Translations under genes and position numbers: made by a program | NCBI GenBank assembly: GCA_973895155.1 | Contig: OZ316896.1 | Coordinates: 23,207,722 to 23,271,721 of the forward strand | DNA: 64,000 nucleotides | Reading direction: 5' to 3' | Origin: Marsupella aquatica | Taxonomy: Eukaryota; Plantae; Marchantiophyta | Notes under the pieces: model-generated | What the model was told of the DNA's origin: nothing | The model's input: only the letters and a program-made list of their open reading frames with translations | Databases searched by the model: none | In this document: positions 59,187 through 64,000 of the stretch, piece after piece | Layout of the letters: the number at the start of each line of letters is the position of its first letter | Numbering within the stretch: position 1 is the stretch's first letter

Positions 59187-62100
59187 TGTGATGCCTAGAC
59201 AGGAATCACTCGGCCGGTTAAGTGGGTAAAGCAGGAAGGCACCCTAGGAACACCTTAGTATAGTGACAAAACAAGGAAAATATAAACAATTAGGGGCAAC
59301 CATGGAACCCGGGCAGAGGCCGGAGGTAAGGCTGAGGGTGAAAACCCGATTAGGGTTAGGGCGCGTTAAGCGTCGGCGGCTAGGAAGGATCAACGGGAAG
59401 AAGGACCGGCAGAGGAGAGGGGTAAGGAGCGCTTGCAGGAGATGGTGGCTCATTTGCGAGCACGAACTAGGCAGACGACTACGGGAGGCCAACTACTGTC
59501 AGTTGCTTAGGCAAGCACTCGGGGAGAGAGTAGATACCGACGATCAACCTAAGGAGGGTATGAGCAACGTCAATCAAGCGGCACATTTCTGGGGATGCCT
59601 GTTCGAACGGGCAACTGAGTACATCAAGACTTACGAGGACGAGGAGTCAGAAAGGGCAGCTCGAGAACGGCAGGAGCTCGCTCGATTGTGGGAGCTGCAG
59701 AAGACGGCTTTCTTAGGAGGCGAACTCATCAAGGACGAGTTCCTGTGGACGCCTACTTCCAATCAACTCGACGATCTTCTATTTTGCAAAGACAGCGTCG
59801 TCGGCATCCGAGAGGCCATCAAGAACTGCAACGACATACACTGGGAATTAAAGGGTAGCACGGAAAGGTGGACCCAGGCAACGGTGCTAGGAGAAACCTC
59901 CACGGCAGCAGAGATGAAGAGGAAGGGAGCCGTCAACGATGAAGCCACCCCGGCAAAAAGAACGAGGTCGGCGGCACCAAAGAAGCCAGCCGAGCAGCAG
60001 AGTAGGAGGCAGGGAGAAGCCAAAGAGGAGGAGGTTGATCCCATCAAGGCCATTCCAACCAGGGATGACACCTGGAAGGGCTGGGCGGCAACCCTACCGG
60101 TGGAGGTGCAACTACATTTTGCACGGGAGGAGGATGCATGCTTTACGGCCATGCAGACCAAGAAGTACCAAGGCTTCATGGCCGGATCCGGCTTGGAGGC
60201 CTTTGTAAGATTACCATGGCTGAAGCCGGAGGTACCGGAGTCGGACCTATTAGAATTCGTGGGGTCATGGGAACCCGAGACCAATTGCACGAGGATATAT
60301 GGGAAGGATTTCTATCTTACTCCCAAGGTGATTGCCGAAGTGTTTGGCTTGCCGATGGGCAATAAGACCAAAGTTGATACCAGGAAGACCTTGCCTGACA
60401 AGGAGTTCCGGTCGTTCCCCGGGCCATCAACGAAGAATGGCTTCTTCCGGAACACCTGCACCAACCCGCACATAGGAGAGATGATCGACTTCTTGCGGGT
60501 GACCATGCATTGTAACTTGCCGAGGGCAGAGATCGGCAAGGCACAGGTCTATCTGGCAGAAAGGCCAGACCCAAGCCGGGACTACAACGGGTACCTCCTC
60601 AACCAATTGAAGAAGATCTTAAAGGAGGAGCAGCAGGTAATCGGCATGGGGAGCGTGTCGCGGCTTGGCTATCACATGCCGCTGTTGTGCCGGTATGCCA
60701 GAGGTCAGACTTTTGCCCCGGTACTTCCCCTGCAGGTAAGGGCACCCGAGGAAGCTCCAACGCCGAGGCCGTTGGCTGAGAAGCCTCAACCACCTGTTAG
60801 TCCTACGATCGAGCAGGTGTTTAGGCCCAGGAAGGAAGACTTGCCGATGCAGCAACCAGGCATGCAGAGTCTGCTGAAACTACTGGAGAAAGAAAAGAAA
60901 TCGGCATCGGCAACAACAACGGCAACGGCAACAATGCAGGACACTACTACAGAGGTAGGCCTACACCGGCTCACAAGAGAAAACCCCTTTGCTGGAGACA
61001 AGGAGAGAATCAGGCCGGAATCCAAGCCAGGTGTTCGAATGTACGTGGGAACCTCAAGCTCCGAATCTGAGGCAGAATTGCCTGAAGCTCCTACCGAGGA
61101 AGAGGAGAGGGAGAAGCCGGAAATCCAAGAGGTAGAGGAGGCAGTGGAGGACTGCAGCCATGATAATTCCGGCTATGGGTCGGACCATCACGTTCCAGGA
61201 GTAAGGACCTGTGGCCGGTTTGTCCCCACACTTCCAAGGGTAGTGCGAGGGGACCCCAACCAGCAGAGTAGCCCTGAGTCTCCCCCACCAGATGTTGCTC
61301 CCCCGAGCTTCGACGGCATAAAACAGACGGTGCAGGAATTTCAGGAGCGAATCAAGCAGGAGGAAGAGGCCACCCTGGCTAAGGAAAAGGATTTACCAGG
61401 AGGAGATTGGCCGGAGGACATCAGGCGGCTAGCCGAAAAAGGAAGCAAACCTCTAGCCACGATTGAAGAGATCCGCAGGACGGCTTGGGAGCAGAGGCCA
61501 CGATGGGCGATGCCGATCACTTCTACTTACTCCACCTACGCTAAGAATAGAGCCATGGAGTATGGTGAGATGTGTGGGGAACTTGCGCTCGACATCTTTG
61601 GAGAGGAGTTGGAGGTAGGACCCTTTTTCCATAGGGAGCAGTTGGAGAAGCACCAATTAGAAGAAGCGGTGGCTTTAGAGAGAAGCAAGAAGGACGAGGT
61701 CATTCGGCGGCTTAGGAGGATGGGAGCCGAGATTGAAGATCTAAGGGCGGCCAAGAAAGCCCAAGATGAACTGCGGATTAAACGACATGAGCTGAACATC
61801 ATGCAGGGGCAGTTGGACGCCGCGCAGGCTGATACTCAGAATATCAAGGATAAACTGACTCAGACGCAGGAAGAGTTGGCCGACACGATCAAAGAAAGGG
61901 AAAAGTGGAAGCAAGAGCTGAAGAATACAGAGGAGGCCCACATAACAGCCAACAGCCGGGCCATGGCGGAGACCCAAAGAAAGGAATGGGCGTTGAAAGG
62001 GGAGCTCGAGAAAATCCGCGGAGCCCTTGAGCAGAAGGAGGTCGAGTTAGGGAAATCCTATCAAGGGATTATGGCGCTGCAGCAGGAGCTTGCGTCCCTG

Positions 62101-63836
62101 ACGGCCAGCTTCAAGGCCGACCTAAGGGAGAAGGACGAGATGCTCGAACAGACTTACGCCAAGATGAACCAGATGGAGTCTGTCATCATTGCAGAGCTCG
62201 ACAAGGAGCTAAGAGCAACCCAGGAGGAGAAGGCTACCTTGAAGAAGGAATTGGAGGAAGCCCACAGGGAGCAGGAGGAGGCCAAAAACGAGCTGGAGGG
62301 GGCACGTAAGGACCTGGATGAAACCCAAGAGGAGTTGGAGGAAATCACGAGGAAGATGGAGAACCTACAGCGGCGGGCCGACAACCAAACAGAGCGGCTG
62401 AAGAAACAAGCCGCAGTATTTAAATGCTTAGCTGCAGCAGGTCCATCTCCTGTTGGGACAAACCAGTTACCAGGGGTGGTAATTGCCGAAGGACAAGCCG
62501 CGCCACCTGCACCAGTGCCGGAGGTAAGTGGGAAGGGGAAGGGACCAGCTGCCGAGCCACCAACGAAGAAGAAGCGGAAACCTTTAGGGTCAAGGAGTAA
62601 TACGACTTCACAGGCCGTGGTGATCAAGGAGGTAGACCCAACACCGACCCCAGACAGGGTCACGGCTAGGGATCCAACTACCCTAGGGGAAGGGGAAGCC
62701 GAAGCCGTGAGAGTGGCTGAAGCCGAAGCCGTGAGAGTGGCTGAGGCCAAAGCCGTGGGTATTGCCGAGGCCGGTGTCGAGGCTGAAGCCGAAGGTGGAC
62801 CCAGTCAGGTCGAGGGAGAGTTGACTCGGTCAAGGGCAGGTAATCTGTCAGTAGGCGGGCCAACGGCAGTGGCTGAGGAGGAAGTGTTGGGGGCGTCCAT
62901 TGAGGATCCACCACCGGTGTCGTGACGGTGCAAGGGCGCCGTTCCTTTTAGGGAGGGCGGACGTGGAGGGAGGAGGCGTGAGTGGGCAGGGCGGGCACGG
63001 ATCTCCACGTTTAGGATTAGGATCAGAACCAGGAGCGGCCCTGACACTTAGCTTAGTGGGATTGCGGTCCCACTGGTAGGAGCAACACTTGTGCTCCTGC
63101 CTTGCTGTACATAGGTAGATTCGGGCAAGTAGATTACTGTTAAGTAGATTAGGCTTACGATGCAAAGAATGGCGGATCCACTACCAGGATAAGTACCTGG
63201 GCAGCGGGGAGCTCAGGGCCTCTTCTTTAGCAAGTTTTTAGTTTGCACCAGCCGGGCTGGGATCAAGTAGTACGAGAAGCTCTCGGTTAGTCATACAGTG
63301 ACCCTTGTGTATATTCATGTTTCCTCATGCCTAAGAGCTGAATAGAGTTGGCCTCACGGCTTAGTTCGCAGAACTTGTGTATGAGATGTACTGTTTGTAT
63401 GGCAAGTGCATGGTATGACTCAGTCAGAATGAGTCATTTTGCTATTTGTGTGTCGCATTAACTTGTGTGAAGAGTGCCCACATCAACAGAAGGAAGGAAA
63501 GTAAGCAGGGGAGTGAGAGTTGGATGTGTCGAGCTGAGAGAGGTCTTAGCGGCTTAACCAAGCCTATTGGGGATCATTCCGGCGGCGGAATCCAAACATA
63601 CCTAACAAGACGGAGGGGAAGACAGGGGAAGGCCTATATTAGGCCGGCTACGTATCTCATGACCCGATGAAGGATCTGTCCAGTATATGTGTGTAAAATG
63701 TTAATAGTAGTAGTAGAAGGTTAGCAGCGTCCCATGCCGCTAAGCCGCGGAAACGGCCTCGCCAAGCGTGAAACCCGCGGGAATCGGCTTGAGCTGGGGG
63801 GTTTCTTGGGTTTAGGGAGCCATGGGACGCACCACA
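59187..63836 (+). mobile_element. 4,650-bp 5' LTR of a Gypsy (probably Tat/Athila-group) retrotransposon containing a long ORF
   Basis: Termini TGTGATGC...GCACCACA (7/8 inverted match). The 3' end is fixed by loss of homology with 57283 and by the PBS 4 nt downstream. The 5' end resembles 52601 (TGTGA..TCACT(C/T)G(G/A)CCG). Confidence 0.72.
59263..62925 (+). CDS. LTR-encoded accessory protein, up to 1220 aa: globular plant-transposon-type domain, acidic/Pro-rich linker, long coiled coil, basic NLS-like motifs
   Basis: Uninterrupted ORF (first ATG 59302; the real start may be further downstream). No gag, PR, RT, RH or IN motifs. The central domain is homologous to 53008-55454. Contains KRKG..PAKRTR and PTKKKRK. 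Confidence 0.75.
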   Translation: MTKQGKYKQLGATMEPGQRPEVRLRVKTRLGLGRVKRRRLGRINGKKDRQRRGVRSACRRWWLICEHELGRRLREANYCQLLRQALGERVDTDDQPKEGMSNVNQAAHFWGCLFERATEYIKTYEDEESERAARERQELARLWELQKTAFLGGELIKDEFLWTPTSNQLDDLLFCKDSVVGIREAIKNCNDIHWELKGSTERWTQATVLGETSTAAEMKRKGAVNDEATPAKRTRSAAPKKPAEQQSRRQGEAKEEEVDPIKAIPTRDDTWKGWAATLPVEVQLHFAREEDACFTAMQTKKYQGFMAGSGLEAFVRLPWLKPEVPESDLLEFVGSWEPETNCTRIYGKDFYLTPKVIAEVFGLPMGNKTKVDTRKTLPDKEFRSFPGPSTKNGFFRNTCTNPHIGEMIDFLRVTMHCNLPRAEIGKAQVYLAERPDPSRDYNGYLLNQLKKILKEEQQVIGMGSVSRLGYHMPLLCRYARGQTFAPVLPLQVRAPEEAPTPRPLAEKPQPPVSPTIEQVFRPRKEDLPMQQPGMQSLLKLLEKEKKSASATTTATATMQDTTTEVGLHRLTRENPFAGDKERIRPESKPGVRMYVGTSSSESEAELPEAPTEEEEREKPEIQEVEEAVEDCSHDNSGYGSDHHVPGVRTCGRFVPTLPRVVRGDPNQQSSPESPPPDVAPPSFDGIKQTVQEFQERIKQEEEATLAKEKDLPGGDWPEDIRRLAEKGSKPLATIEEIRRTAWEQRPRWAMPITSTYSTYAKNRAMEYGEMCGELALDIFGEELEVGPFFHREQLEKHQLEEAVALERSKKDEVIRRLRRMGAEIEDLRAAKKAQDELRIKRHELNIMQGQLDAAQADTQNIKDKLTQTQEELADTIKEREKWKQELKNTEEAHITANSRAMAETQRKEWALKGELEKIRGALEQKEVELGKSYQGIMALQQELASLTASFKADLREKDEMLEQTYAKMNQMESVIIAELDKELRATQEEKATLKKELEEAHREQEEAKNELEGARKDLDETQEELEEITRKMENLQRRADNQTERLKKQAAVFKCLAAAGPSPVGTNQLPGVVIAEGQAAPPAPVPEVSGKGKGPAAEPPTKKKRKPLGSRSNTTSQAVVIKEVDPTPTPDRVTARDPTTLGEGEAEAVRVAEAEAVRVAEAKAVGIAEAGVEAEAEGGPSQVEGELTRSRAGNLSVGGPTAVAEEEVLGASIEDPPPVS

Positions 63837-63840
63837 TTTT

Positions 63841-63858
63841 TGGCGCTAGATGGAGGGG
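63841..63858 (+). promoter_or_regulatory. Primer-binding site, tRNA-Asn-like
   Basis: TGGCGCTAGATGGAGGGG is complementary, with one mismatch, to the recalled plant tRNA-Asn(GTT) 3' end CCCTCCTTCTAGCG-CCA. It lies 4 nt after the LTR-terminal CA. Confidence 0.75.
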
Positions 63859-63905
63859 GCATTTCTTAAGCCGTGAGATATGAAGTTAGAACGGAAGCGT
63901 AGGTA

Positions 63906-64000
63906 ATGACTGACCTTACGCCGAGGGAAGAAAGAGTGATTCAACGGGAGAGAGCTCGACTGCAGCAGCTCGTCGGGTGGCATGATACACAGCGACTGAG
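63906..64000 (+). CDS. Possible start of the retrotransposon internal ORF (gag), truncated by the window
   Basis: ATG shortly after the PBS; frame open to the window end (MTDLTPREERVIQRERARLQQLVGWHDTQRL). Positional evidence only. Confidence 0.35.
   Translation, partial: MTDLTPREERVIQRERARLQQLVGWHDTQRL

Overview
Eukaryotic, intron-rich nuclear DNA from a non-seed land plant, most likely a moss (inferred from gene content, not proven). Host genes: an intact 7-exon AKR13-type aldo-keto reductase (3793-6823) and its pseudogenised tandem duplicate (15274-19089; lost ATG, frameshift, internal inversion); a multi-exon VPS35L (minus, ~22135-31523); an intronless plastid Rieske gene petC; a PLS-DYW PPR gene with a frameshift and a deleted CxxC zinc ligand; and a Crinkler-like gene whose SAM-like header exon can splice in phase to either a nuclease-only exon or a nuclease+kinase exon. 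Transposable elements include Copia-type LTRs, a CRE-clade non-LTR retrotransposon fragment and several MITEs with target-site duplications (TSDs). The most unusual structure is at 52-64 kb: giant retrotransposon LTRs (3.8 and 4.65 kb) that each carry a large coiled-coil protein ORF inside the LTR. One is a TSD-flanked solo LTR; the other is a 5' LTR followed by a tRNA-Asn-like primer-binding site (PBS). All calls were made by eye with no database searches, so family assignments rest on recalled motifs.
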